From Bispira polyomma (Eukaryota), in the NCBI GenBank assembly GCA_965649765.1, contig OZ287755.1:14198001-14262000 (forward strand): a DNA stretch of 64,000 nucleotides, given 5' to 3'. The position numbers and the translations under genes were made by a program. Each line of letters starts with the position of its first letter. Position 1 is the stretch's first letter. Positions 41,401-54,545 of this stretch are shown here, piece after piece. The notes under the pieces were generated by a model. That model did not search any database. It was given only the letters and a program-made list of their open reading frames with translations, and was not told the origin of the DNA.

Positions 41401-42785
41401 TATCAGTTCAGTGAATATAGTGAACACCTTTGAGGGGGGGGGGGGGGGGGGGTCCTAGATTGGCCTAGATTTACTGTCATAACATGGACATACTAGTTGT
41501 GGCATCTAACTGGTGACACTCTGTTCTTCAAATAGCTACATTTATCCATATAGGTTTCATATTTTGAACCATTTATATATAGTACCGAATGGATATTTCA
41601 TCCTTAAAGGCACTTGTTCTCTGAAAAGGGATTATACATAGCATGGGTCGTCATCAGTAGGCAATGGCATGTTTACATTGTCCAAGAATTTTATCTCCCA
41701 AGTAAGTATGGTGACCTACCAGAAGTTTGAACCGGGGACCTAATTACCACACAAAGTCCAACTACTTATGGGCCGATACTTCACACTGAAAAACCTTTGT
41801 TTGCATTAGAGCTTAGACATATGTTAGAATGAAGACTAAACACCACAAAATAATTTTGAATTTGGACAGGATATTTCGATAAATTTTCTGTTTCTTTCAG
41901 CTGGATGATAAGTTCAAAATACCAATATTTTATAGGATGAAATAACTACTATTTCAAAGATATCATACAAAATTGTCATGCCCAAATCTAAACTTTTAAG
42001 AAAAGACAGTTAAAATTATTACTTGGTATATGCGAAGTATTTTTGCCATTAATGAAAATTAATAAAAACACTATTATGTATGAAACCTCTATCATACAAA
42101 CTTCTAGTACCTGAATTACAAACTTTTAGTATCTGAATATGTTACATATTTTCATTCTCCTAATCTTCATTCTATTGTTATACCAAAATGCCTTTCCCAT
42201 TTTATCTGAACAAAATCTTTGTTCTCCTGGCAAGTTTGGATAATAAATGTTCAACTGTGTTTACTTTGGAAAAATGCTATTTCTCCCTTTTATTTCTGTA
42301 CATTCTAAGTTTCCTCTGATGTGTTTTTCTTTGTAGATATTCAAACTATTCTACCCAGGATTGGACAGACAATCTTTCCACCAATGGACCCATTTGCCTT
42401 GATAGATCAGTCCACTGATACTTGCTTACAACTTAGAAACCTGGACATAACAACTTTCTCCCATCATCCTGCGGAGAACGATCAGTTTGGGCCCATGATT
42501 CAGTTCGAGCTGCCAGACGGCATATTGGATGACATTCCAGAGCAATTTACCATAACCTTAACTTTTTTGGGGACATTGGAGTGCAACTATTACATCCAAC
42601 TTGGCATCAGTAATCCGGTGAACCCCCTCAGAGCTTATGGAGTGTCTATGAAAATGTGCTTCTTCCTGAACTCAAACAGTGTAGGCAATTTATCTGTGAA
42701 TACCTACAGCTGTAATGGGGTGCCTAAAGCTGTGTACCTGTCCTATCCAACCTCCGAACTGTGTGAAATAGAGTTTAATACTTAA
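35437..42785 (+). CDS. Copy 3: intact six-exon gene, predicted secreted 400-aa protein with LamG/pentraxin-like (ConA-fold) domain and Cys-containing C-terminal domain
   Basis: Exons 35437-35524, 36368-36595, 38659-38828, 39620-39727, 40773-40932, 42337-42785. All introns GT-AG with matching phases 1,1,0,0,1; total 1203 nt open. Signal-like MALYINLGCSYFYAMLTMLIVDTAG. Motifs CFWLPELCSEGMTFAVWIK, YFISNGGQ, FFHVAVTW..MYVDG, GILDEFLFW. Confidence 0.85.
38279..38541 (-). mobile_element. tRNA-derived SINE in intron 2 of copy 3
   Basis: Full-length reverse-complement copy. TSD actc(c/t)agctaaaact at 38264-38278 and 38542-38556. Confidence 0.9.
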
Positions 42786-44016
42786 ATTGAACAAATATAC
42801 ATTAATTTATGCACTTCTACAAAGAATGTTATGTTTTCTGTCTGTTCCATTGATTTTGTTTGTTTGTTTGTCACCAGGATTACGCCAAAATAACTACTGA
42901 AAACAATTAAGATGAAATTTAGTAGTGGTGATGTGACATTGACCTTGCACTGATTAATATTTGTTACAGGTTTTAAGTCACTGCGAACACACTGTTTAGG
43001 TCATATTCCATTTTTACTGGTGGGGGAAAGCTGTTCTTACTAGTTGGACAACATTCTGCACTATAAACCACCAGGTATCAGCAAGTACCTGACAACTTCC
43101 CCTCATAAACCTTCCACAATTTTGTTATGATGTAACTATTAAGTAATCATCCAAACACTTCAAAACCCAATTTAGCCCCCTCTATGTACAGTCTTGTACA
43201 ACACCTTGAATATTGGATTCCAGATTTGTTATTAATATGTTCATACACATTATGTTTGAAGATACCTTAGAAAGATAAAGTACTGTACAGATTCACGATA
43301 CTATAGCCTACTGACACAGTATAAGGCTACAGTTTACCTGTATGTTTTATTTTCTCACATTTGTAAACATTCTAACAAATATCTGAGATTTCTGTATATA
43401 TAAGTGTTCACTGGTCTTGTAAAGTTTTTCCTTGGAATAGTTTAGAATATTTTCTCTAATTCTTGCAATATATTATTTAAAGTTTTCTGCTAATTCCATG
43501 TTGTATATATAAATGTAAATATATATTTTTCAGGGTGCTGCGTATGCAATAGCACAATGGTTCAGTTTCAGAGTGAGAAACATGAACAATTATCAAGGCT
43601 TGGCCTATGTGGAAGTTTAAGTGCTTGGCCTGAAAAGGTTAATAGTAAATTGAATACTGTATAAGGTGTGTCATATCAAACAGGTTAAAAATAGACTGGT
43701 AGAGTGGTTACTGCATACTGTCTAGTAGATTTGCAGAAATTTGAATAAATTATAAAGTCTGGAAGTTGAACGAAATTTACTCTCAATTTCTATTAACCCG
43801 ATATTTCCCGCCAAATAAGTTGATTATAAAAGACCCAACATACTAAAGTTCTGGGCTTGTGAAGTAGAATCTGACAGAGTGGGAGCAAATTGCTGGCTGG
43901 ATATTGTTCACTTGACACGAGTTTTTAAATTTATAAAAATCTGTTTGGAATTTTAGGAAAAATCCTCAAAGTCAAGCTAGCAGATATCCCGCCGGTGTGT
44001 GATTTTTTATTGTAGA

Positions 44017-45084
44017 ATGCCGACTAAAGCATTGAATAAAACTAATGGAAAGGACAAAAGTAAAATAGACAATAAAGTGGTTTCTGAGCACAGTATGGCT
44101 ACTGCTGATATACAGGGAAATGAGGACACGGGAGGTTTAGGGCAAGAAACTATTTCTGTTAATAATAAACCAGACGAACTTCTGCAAGTAGTGAAAGCCA
44201 TGGGTGGTCAATTACAAAGTCAAGAGGAGAGACTACGTAAACAGGAGGAGCGTGTTAGTGTGAATGAACTTTCACTAGTACCATCAGCTGAGAGTTCGCC
44301 CAAGGCTGCAGAAGGTGTACGTCACAAGTCTGTGACTAGAGTTGAAACAGAAGTACCAGCCAAACTGCCCTCATTTGAAGCCCTTCGTGCCAATTCCCGT
44401 GTGCAAGCTGAAGTGCAGAAGCCTATCCATGAGTATGAGAACACTTTCAGGCTACCTGAGGACAAAGGTAAAGCAAATTCAAATATTAAGTCTGGTTGGT
44501 TTCGTGCCGGCATAGCTAAAGTTACTGTTCCCTTGAGTTGGCCCCAAGATTACTGTTCAGTTACTACTGGGGCTAAGCAGCCTACCTATGATGAAATGAG
44601 TAGTGAGCAATGGTTTCAGGGTATTTTATACTGTATTATAGAACAGAAAGACAATAAGATTAGGGACACAATGTTGCATTACTATAGGTTATTGATGCAA
44701 GATGCTGTTGAGTTGTCGGTTAATACAGCTAGAAGAGCTCATGCAGCTGTACTTCAGGATATGGAAAAGGGAAATATTACCTGGACTCGCCCAGATTTGA
44801 TAGAGAAAGTAAAAAATTGAAATACTCAAAGAACTGTTCAAAATCCTAGGCAAAGTGTGGCCAGTAGCAATCAGAGGTGTATGCGTTATAATAAGGGTCA
44901 TTGTAGGCAGGAGGGAGATCATACCCACAATGGCATCTTGTATCAGCATTGTTGTTCATATTGCTTGAAAGAAACACAGAAAAAGTATGAACACCCTCTC
45001 GTTAAATGTATGAGACAGAAAAATGCAGGTGGTAGCCTTAAGGGTGACACTAACAGTCACAAGACTAAAGAACAGAGAGTTTAA
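44017..45084 (+). pseudogene. E2 gag with one premature TGA (44818-44820)
   Basis: LPSFEALR, QPTYDEMSSEQWFQG, ARRAHAAVLQDMEKGNITW, and CMRYNKGHC..GDH..HCCSYC..HPLVKC. Both parts are in the same frame. Confidence 0.85.
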
Positions 45085-45372
45085 CAGATTTATATCCGTA
45101 CTGCTAAGTACTGCAGAAGGTAGAGTTACTTTAAACAGCAGCTACAATTCTAAAGTACACGGTTTACACGGGTTTAGGTTAAATCCCTTAGCTATAACTT
45201 TGGCCCAGGTAATAAAAACCATGGAAGTTATGTTAAGGTTAATGAATGTGTTACTAATAACGTAGTTACTAGTGTTGTAAATCAGAATACAAATAGTATA
45301 GTAGTTAACATCAGTAGTGGTGGGAAATCTTTTTCCCCTATAGGGAATATTAATCCAGTACATAAGCCTTAC

Positions 45373-48000
45373 GTGGGACGTTTGGTGGACTGTAAACGTG
45401 TTTGTGAAAATGTCAATATTACACAAACATGTAATGTCAATATACGTTCATATAATAGTTCTGATGAGTATTTTAGTATTTATGACATGTCAGATAAACA
45501 AGTAGTCACATGGGAAAGTGACTGTACTAAAGATACGAATATATTAATAATGAACAGTATAGGTCAAAAGTGTATTAAATTAAATCATAATGTGCTTCAT
45601 TGGAATAGCACGGCTTACCACATAAATCATAAGGGTTTTAAGTTACCAGAACATGACACTTGGGAGAACTTGGACGAAACAAATCATAATGTCCTCGATC
45701 TCTCGGGGTGCTTGGGTAATAAACAGACTACAGGTGATAATGGTGATGAATATACGTGTGAAGACGTGAAAAATCATGATGCCCTCGGTATGTATACACG
45801 TGTATATAATAACAAGGATGCATATCATAATGGTCTGGACTCACGTAATAGTAGTGAATATGTATGTCAAGACGTGAAAAATCATAATGCCCTCGGTATG
45901 TATGCACGTATATATAATGATGGGGATGCATATCATAATGGGCTGAAGTCACGTAAGATAAATCATACCGTACCGTTTATTAACGGGTGGGACTGGGACG
46001 GGGGAAACCATAATATCCTAAATCTCACAGAACGTTATGATAATAATACAGTGAATGGCAATGATAGCACTTATGTAGAAAATTATAGTGTACTCAATGC
46101 TTCCATATGGACTTATAATAGTGTAGAGAACAAAAGTGTAGATCATAAAGGTAATAGCATGGTAAAGGTTGCTATGCAACACCCAATGCACAATACAACT
46201 AGTTCCAATACAGTAGATACTGATAAAATAGTAATACATAGTAATGGAAAAAACATAATGATACTACATGTGACTGTTATGTGCATAATAATGTATCTGA
46301 GAATAAGGTAGATAGTGATAAGTTTTATAATTATCATTTTAGTTTCATGGGCATACAGCAGTATGAATCTTTAGATGCAATAATAAATAACGATATGACC
46401 CACGTACAGGGTGACAAACAGTTGTTGATGAAAGGTAAAGAACAGTATTCAAGGGAGTTTGGATTTCTTCCACACAGCTTACCTCCTGTTATTAGTAAAA
46501 CAGGTTTTCAGGAAATAGACTTTGAACCTAATGCAAAATGGTTATGTGAAATTCATAATTTAGTTAAATCTCATGGCGTTCCTAACTATAAAGGTGCTAG
46601 AGTAAGAGTACCTTCAGGACTTACTGTTATGGCTTGGCGGACACTGCTTAAAGGCTATGATCTAAAAATTTTTGGTGAATACATAGAATTTGGGTTTCCC
46701 TTGAATGTAGATTATTCAATATTTCAACAAAATACTGAAATGGTTAATCATAATTCGGCTTTACTAAATCCAGTGGGAGTTTCAAAATATTTTCAAGTAG
46801 AATCAAGTAAACAGGCTATGATTGGTCCTTTGGAAAGTTCGCCTTTTAGTAAAACACATTAATCTCCATTAATGGCTCGGGATAAACCCGATGGTGGGGT
46901 AAGAGTTATAGTAGATATGTCATGGCCAATTGGTCAAAGTGTTAACAGCTGTGTGGCTGCTGAAGTGTATGGTGATATACCTTTTACTTTAACTTATCCG
47001 ACACTAGATCAGGTGGTAGAAAAAATTAAACAAGTAGGTCCTGACGCCTTGTTATATAAGATCGATTTGGAACGGGCGTTCCGTAATTTACGTATAGATC
47101 CGTTGGATTATCCATTATTGGGATTAAAATGGGATAATAAGGTATACATTGACGTTGGGTTGCCCTTCGGGTTCAAAACGGGAGCGGCGGCATGCCAATT
47201 ATGTACAGATCTTGTTACGTTTACGTTGCGTCAGCCCAACATTTGGTTAATTAACTATTTGGATGATTACGTCGGCATAGCCGAACCAAGTGTTGCAAAT
47301 ACTCATTATAAGGCTTTAACTAGTTTATTGAATTATCTAGGTTTGCCTATAAATCAGAAAAAGATTGAGAAACCTCATGAAGAAATTACATGTCTTGGTA
47401 TAAAAATAAATGCTAAAAAAGGTACACTGACAATTCCCCCAGACAAATTATGTCAGGTAAAAGATTTATGCCTTAAGTGGGCTCTTAAAACTACAGCTAC
47501 CCATAACCAGTTGCAAAAATTGACAGGTAAACTGCTGTATGTCCACCGCTGTGTAAAGCCAGCTAAGATGTTTACAAATTGAATTTTACAGGTATTACGA
47601 AATTCACCCATGAGAGGCCAAATAAATCTTCCACAAAGCTTCTATAAGGATATAACATGGTTCAACCAGTTTTTAGACCAATTTAATGGTGTAGTGGAAA
47701 TGCATGTTAACCCTTCTAAGATATATGAAATGTATGTAGATGCTTCACTTACAATGGTGGGGGCTTATTGGAATAAGCGGGTTTATTCGGCAGATATTCC
47801 TCAGCCTATTAAAAACATTACTTCTATAGTGCACTTGGAAGCGGCTAATATTTTGGTTTCCCTGAAATTGTGGGCTAAAGAATGGGCTAATACTTTAGTC
47901 ACAATATGGTGTGATAACTATGCAGTGGTGAATGCATTCCAGGCTAATAAAATTAGAGATCCTTGGTTGATGGCATGTGTTAGAACAGCATGGCTGTGTT
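45373..48000 (+). pseudogene. E2 pol (Asn/His-rich repeat extension, RT, RNase H)
   Basis: VPNYKGARVRV, FGFP, KIDLERAFRN, GLPFG, NYLDDY, YVDASL, HLEAAN, WCDNYAVV. Stops at ~46862 and ~47582. The RNase H 3' end and YR 5' end are deleted at ~48000. Confidence 0.88.
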
Positions 48001-48845
48001 CCTCACTGTGTCCAGACTGTAGTTTTGTATTTAGAGTTTTTAACTCAAAATGACTTAAAGGTTGTTTTGCTCAGAAACCATTTGTCAATACTTTGCCATT
48101 ACTTTGGCCTCTTTAACTGGCCTAGAGCTGCTCTATCAGCTAGGAAGGTGTTATTATTGGTAAAATCAGTAAAGATAAATTCAAAAATGCACACTAAAGT
48201 AAAAGGTATTATTACATTGCAAATATTACAGAAAATAATTAAAACTACTGAAACATGTTTTAATGGTAAAACTTTTCATGCTTATTTCTGTGTGCCTTTT
48301 TTGTTTTTTTCCGGTTAGCTTATCTCCTTCCTTCTGCTATTGCGCAGTTCGATAAGACCAGATATCCAGTAAGGGGTGATGTGATTTGGGGCCCTCCGGG
48401 GTTACATTTAGTGATGACATGTGCTAAGAACATGCAAAGTTCTAGTGAAATTCATGTAGTACAACTACCTGAGCTAAAAGGTTCCCTCTTGTGCCCAGTT
48501 AGGGCGATCAGAGTTTTAATGGACGAAATACCAGGTCATGCTGACCTCCCATTGTTTAGAATTAAAACAAAAAATGGTGTCTCTCCTCTAACAGCTTATA
48601 AAGCTCTTTCTTTTTTGAAAGTGGTTATTGCCAAAGTGGGGTTGAACCCTAGCCATTATACATTTCATGCTTTCAGGCGCAGTGGCGCCACCCTAGCTTC
48701 TGAAAATAATATTGGATTAGACAATATTAAACAGCACGGAAATTGGAAAAGTGAAGCTGTGTGGAAATATTTGAGCTCTACTCCAAAAGTAGCTGCAGTT
48801 GTCCCTTCCACTTTCAAAAAATTAATAGCTATAACTTCTACATAA
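48000..48845 (+). pseudogene. E2 tyrosine recombinase (5'-deleted, frameshifted)
   Basis: LCPVRA, FHAFRRSGAT, HGNWKSEAVWKY. Confidence 0.88.
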
Positions 48846-49670
48846 CGTGTTTGGTGTTTGGCAGTTTTAGATATCTCATTTAACCTCCTCTTTCATATTC
48901 TCACTTAGTCATTGCTAACTTGTGGTAACATTCAACTTGAACGAGTTTGAATTAAGCCCATGGGCAACGTAATGAACTCGGCTATTAGCTGTGAAACACT
49001 GGTATATGTGTAACCTTGTAAGGTTTGGATACGTCCAACCTAAATTCATGTCAACAGCTTACGCTTTGTACAGCTTCTATATGTAAATATAACAAGATAG
49101 TACTAATAACATAGTTCGTAAAAGTAATAGTAATATTATACTTAGATGTTATATAGACTGACACTTGTAATAGCATCTGATGGGTAAAATAACTAGAGCT
49201 TTGATATGTAAATAACTTAACCAGTGTGTAACTGTGTAAAGTTATAACGTGAATGTTAAACAATACTAATGTCAATGTTTTAACATTTTAACAAATAAAC
49301 AAACATGTCATCTAAAATGTTTTTATTATTCTGGTCTTTTCCTCTCGTGAAACTGATGTGGTATTCATGAAAAGCTTGGGCTCTACAGTAAAATCTTAAT
49401 TATATATATTTTTTTTAATTTAAACTTTGTATTTAATAATATAAGCATCTTTCTTGACAAAAAAAACACCAATCCTTGAACTTCTGCGTTGTTTAATTTC
49501 ATTATGCCTAAGTGTATAATATCACATTTGAAAATGTCACTAGCATATTTTACTTCTATATATTGACCTGCATAATTGTCATGGAGGAATATATGCATGA
49601 TAAAAAGTAGATTGTACTACATGATTATTAAGTGTGCTTTTCATGTTTATATATATTTTTTTATTATATA

Positions 49671-50594
49671 TGTGACGGTCGGTTGTAGCACGTATTTGCG
49701 GGATGGCGAAAGTCTATAAGATTTTTTATTCAAACGGATACGTTTGGGGAGTTTTATTTTCGAGCAGCTAGAGGAGCAAGAGAGAAGTTTGTGTATCCGG
49801 TCGGGATTTTGAAGTCCGATATTATTGTTTTGATTAGCTTGATGCTCGAGTGGAAGATCTTGTGAAAGGTTGTGCTGTGTGCAGGTGTTTGTTCCGCCGT
49901 TGAGGTGCAGCCTGATTGGTGGGTGCATTGCTGTGGTCGGTGTGTCTTTGCTGTTGTCAGTGTGTTTGCCGTAATATTGGTATGTGAAGTGAAAGACAAT
50001 AAACATCATATTAGTCAAAACATTCTTTTTCTCTGTTGACGCCAATCTAGTCAAGTCCGAACCCCCCTGTGCGAAGGTCCGGCAACATTTGGAGCCTCTA
50101 ATGAGATTTAGAGAAGATTCACACTTCTCCAAAGTGTGAATACTATACCACCTGACAAAGCGAAGACAAAGTTACCCCTAGACCCATGTTATGTTCTGTG
50201 ATACTGCTTAATATGCTGCAATATACATTAGGGTATATGTGTCTGTGAATGATTAACATATAAATGTTATTCCCATTGACGGGACATTTCATAATTATTC
50301 TACAGCTAATTTATAAGTCTGTGTAGAGCCTGGTATTTTCATTCATGTGAGGATCACGTTTTCTAAAAGCAATTTGATTACCTTAATGTTGCTTGAGTAA
50401 TAAATTAACATATCATTGCTTGGTGTATGTTATTCCTCTATCACACTTCTCAATTGCTATTGTCAGTGTGTTTGCCGTAACATTGGTATGTGAAGTGAAA
50501 GACAATAAACATCATATTAGTCAAGACATTCTTTTTCTCTGTTGACGCCACATCTAGTCAAGTCCGAACCCCCATGTGCGAAGGTCCGGCAACA
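49671..50594 (+). mobile_element. Internally deleted LTR retrotransposon (full 5' LTR, PBS, partial 3' LTR)
   Basis: TG...CA LTR 49671-50087, followed by PBS-like tttggagcc. The last ~140 bp is repeated at ~50455-50594. TSD TATA at 49667-49670 and 50595-50598. Absent in units 1 and 2. Confidence 0.75.
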
Positions 50595-50639
50595 TATAAT
50601 ATACAAAATGTTTACTTTGTGTTATTACAAAATTAAAGT

Positions 50640-52190
50640 CAAAACACAACACAGTAAAACGTTTAACAAAGCACAAGGTGTACAGCAGCAAAAAAAAAAA
50701 CATAAGATAATATACAATATATGTCAACCTTAAAATATGATAAAGCTCTTTGTTCTAAAAATAATTGTACCATTGTTTCTGAAAAACATGTATTCGAGTC
50801 ATGGCCTCTTTTAGAACACCAGTAAATGTATCTCCTTGCCAGCATTAAGATAAAATTTAAAGGCCAAAAGTTATCACCCAAAATGTAATATCCTAAAATG
50901 TTCATTGTATTTGTTAATTCAAATTCTATCCCAAAATTCTATTGTGTTGAAGATCCATTGATTTATATTTTCAAAAAAATTTGAACTTTTATGCATTTAC
51001 AAAATACATGGTATATACTTTCTGAATATTGTTCACAAAATCCACAAAAACTATTATTACTATTTTTTACATTGGAAAGATAGTCTTTTGTAGGTGAAAT
51101 ATTACACAATATTTTATATTGTATACTTATGACTGAATTATCAAGCACAGACTTAAAACATGCTTTATAAATATTCTTCCAAAAAATAAGTGTTATTTTG
51201 AGGTAACAGGTTCCTTCACTTGAATTCACTCAGTGGGATAAAAACTGGCTTTTTGGCAGTTTGAAAAATATAATAAATGCCTTTACATTCGTTAGTACAC
51301 TTTAACAAAGGTGTAATATGAAATGGACATTTTCTGATTCTTTCTTACATTTAGATACATAAATGTTTAATAAAAAGTTTATTTAATAATAGTGTAATAC
51401 ATTCATGTTTACACTATATGTTTTATACTGTCATATGACTTGATTTCACCATCTGGATTTACAATATCTCTAAAAAATAAAATACTTTTTTTTGGACTAA
51501 GTGGAAAAATAGAAAGGTGCCACTGATACATATGAATTTCTGATTTTGAATTTGCAGTTTGAATCTGTTATAGCTCACACCATTATATTAAAACTTCATG
51601 CCAAAGTATATTTTTCATTAATTTGAGTATATTTTTGCACCATTTACCTCCAAGTATGAATACATTATAAGGGTTTCTGTGTTATTCAAAAAGTAGGAGG
51701 CTCCACTGAGCATCATACAGAAACAAAGCTCTTTTAATCAAATTTACCTTTGATGCTTTTTTGAAAGTAAATATAGTTCCACAAAAACTGGTTTATGTTC
51801 GTCAAAAAAATTATTGGCAATGATGTTTATGTTTGTCAAAAATTTGTTGGTAATAATGCTAAAAGGTGAATGATTTTTGTAAGCAAGGGTGTTATATTAG
51901 AGTGACAATAAACGATAACTTTCAATTTTCCCATTTATTACCTTTTTTATCGTAAGCTATAACATAATTTACCTCAGAAATATTATTTAAAATTACTGAA
52001 AATATTATACCACAAATCTCAAAATCAGTGTTTTCCCAATTTAATCTTATTGAGAATTCTAATTTATCGCTTGAATATCTTTTCCTTTTAAATCCATACA
52101 ATTTTTGAATTTTTTCTTTCTTTATTTTTAATTTGTATAAAATATATTTCTAATGTGTTGAGAGCTGTCTGTAGAGAAGCCTGTGAACCA
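50640..52190 (-). mobile_element. Degenerate L1/Tx1-like LINE 3' fragment, unit 3
   Basis: ORFs 50963..51229 (IQYKILCNISPTKDYL..CGFCEQYSESIYHVFCKC) and 50663..50905. Confidence 0.72.
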
Positions 52191-53289
52191 TCGACAATAA
52201 GGGTGCTATATTTATTATTTTGTCTTAGCTATCACAAGAACCACTTGCACATCTCTCAAGTGGCTAAAAATGTCTTACATCGACAGTGACATATTTTCCG
52301 AATTTAATCAGGAGAGAAGAAAAGCCACACCATCCGAGTGTTGGTATTTGTCTTCTCTGGTGATAAAATATACACCAATGTAATAGTTTATATTATGATT
52401 GTGATGTCATGTAATCGTGACATAATAAAAGAAGATGATTTGTGGTCTATTCATTTCATTTACCTATCCATGGAGGAATTGTACAACTGGCTAATAAAAT
52501 ATTGCATTTGTGGGTGTCAGTATATTCTGTGCTCTTATGCTGGAACATATACTCATACTCTACTCAAATCGGGGTTCTCTATAACTCTGAATACAGTAAA
52601 CAAATTTCAAACCTGACACCAGTATCTGGTCTGTTTAAAATTTCACATTGTTTGCATTTAACCACACCATAATCAGGCTCCCTCTTGTTACACTTTTTCC
52701 TTTTTTGGGGCTATCTCTGCTACATTGTTTCTTGGTTGCATATTTTTTTACCCGCAATTTTCGGTGGAGCATGGGGTGCTTCGGATGTTCCCCCAGGACA
52801 AACTTTATAATTGGGGAAATACAACTTTTTGAGTGCTCCACCACTGCTATCTCTTCATCCATGCTTAAATGGGCTATGAAAGCACACATAAAAATGATCG
52901 CCAATAACCATGTAAAGTATGTTCTAGCTGCTCAGAAACTGCACAGCTTTTATTTTAGTGCCTTAAACTCGATTTATGGACAACATTTTTACATGTTTGT
53001 GAGTAGAAATAATGAAGAATGACATATATATTAATTAAATACTAATCCATATATTTTACTGAATTTTTAGACATACAATACACATAGCAGTATGTAATAT
53101 TGTAACTGAAATGGGCAATATTTTAAAAGTACATGCTTCACAAATGTGTGAAGTACACAGTATGTCAATATTCCAACACATCTACATGGACATACCTTTG
53201 ATCTAATTCTGGCTCCAACAGACCTTAAAATCATCTAAAAAAGTGTTCAGCCTTTATATCCAATCTTGCAATAGTTACATGCCAGATTG

Positions 53290-54100
53290 ATCAGAACTCC
53301 CCATTTGGATTGTAAAAGTTATGCAATAACTTTAGAACAATTTCAAAAAATTATCATGTCTCAGCTCAGAGTTGACCCTTTATGCACTTCCTTTGTCAAA
53401 AATCCAGTCGACAATATCTCTTCTCTACACAAACAGTATATTTCAGACCTAACAATGCTATTAGATCAGCATTCACCGGGAAAAACCAGATCCCTAAAAA
53501 TCCCTGCTCCCAAGTGGCTTACAGATTTGTACAAAATTGATACCCGACGCCCATATGAAAGAGTATGGCATAGGAATAAATCTGCAAATAGAACTCGCTT
53601 AAGGAAACAGATAGGTTGGTGCTGCAGACTGTTAAACAAAACTAAAAGTGATCTTTAAAAGTCTGTCATTAAAGAACATAGTCACAATGCTCGAAAACTG
53701 TGGCAAGGAAGGAAGGTTTTACACAGGTTTCCTATGTTTAATCTCTTACTACCTGTCCCCTGTCTTGTATGCAAAATTGACTGATGACGAAGTTCTAAAA
53801 CTTTAACCCACCAAATCATGTCTACTAAATCTTTGGCCTATGTCACTTGTTAAGGAGTGCATTGACATCCTTCTTCCCTCAATTACTAAGCTGCTCAACC
53901 TATCACTGACAATGTTCACGAGTGAATGTTTGATAATAAGTTATAAACATAAAAAAAACTAAATTCATTTTTTTTTAATTTCAAGTGACAACGTGATAGT
54001 TTGACTGATAATTTCCCAGTAAAAATTGTGGCATACATTCTGGCTCATAAAATCCTTATCCAGATGCGAGATAGATCCAAATGTGAGGATTTACAACTCC
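53290..54100 (+). mobile_element. L2/CR1-type LINE fragment
   Basis: LLDQHSPGKTRSLK..APKWLT..RRPYERVWHR and KECIDILLPSITKLLNLSL. Confidence 0.65.
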
Positions 54101-54149
54101 AGGATTTTCTGGGGGAGAAAGGTGGTAGAGAAATCCTTTTGGGTCACAG

Positions 54150-54545
54150 TACAGAGTTTCGGGGTTCTACTCTCTACCATGCAACAAGACCCGCCAGTGA
54201 TAGCCACCATAGCCCTAGCCGGGGTCGTCCTACACAACATGATGAGAACCGCTACTGTAAACCAGGCAACATACCACCCAAATCCAGAAGAGGACCCACC
54301 ATACTACAATAAGCACTTATAGGATATAATAACCAGCCTGAGAGTAGGAATCCTAGCAGGATAGCCAAATAACAAAGAGACATACTCATAGGCTAGTTCC
54401 TGAACGAGGTGACAGTGCCTTGGCAGAGTGACAGAGTATGAACCCTACCTTGAACCTACACCTGAGCCTTCAAGAAGAACCAATCCGTCCTTGTGAAGAC
54501 CAACCTAAAAGGCCTGTTTTAGGGCCACCCAAAACTTTTTAAAAC
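54150..54545 (+). mobile_element. Harbinger transposase C-terminal fragment (paralogue of 34500)
   Basis: FGVLLSTMQQDPPVIATIALAGVVLHNMMR..TVPWQ. Confidence 0.65.

Larger units (their letters stand above)
43529..49355 (+). mobile_element. YR retrotransposon E2 (gag, RT, RNase H, YR), degenerate
   Basis: Boundaries taken from the empty paralogous site atatatattt|atatggtattc (~30830). No TSD. No long terminal direct repeats seen. Confidence 0.9.

Noticed and set aside
45130-45136. TTTAAAC -1 slippery site after E2 gag
   Set aside because: It lies downstream of the gag stop and outside the gag frame, and is not shared by E1 or E3. It is likely chance in AT-rich DNA.
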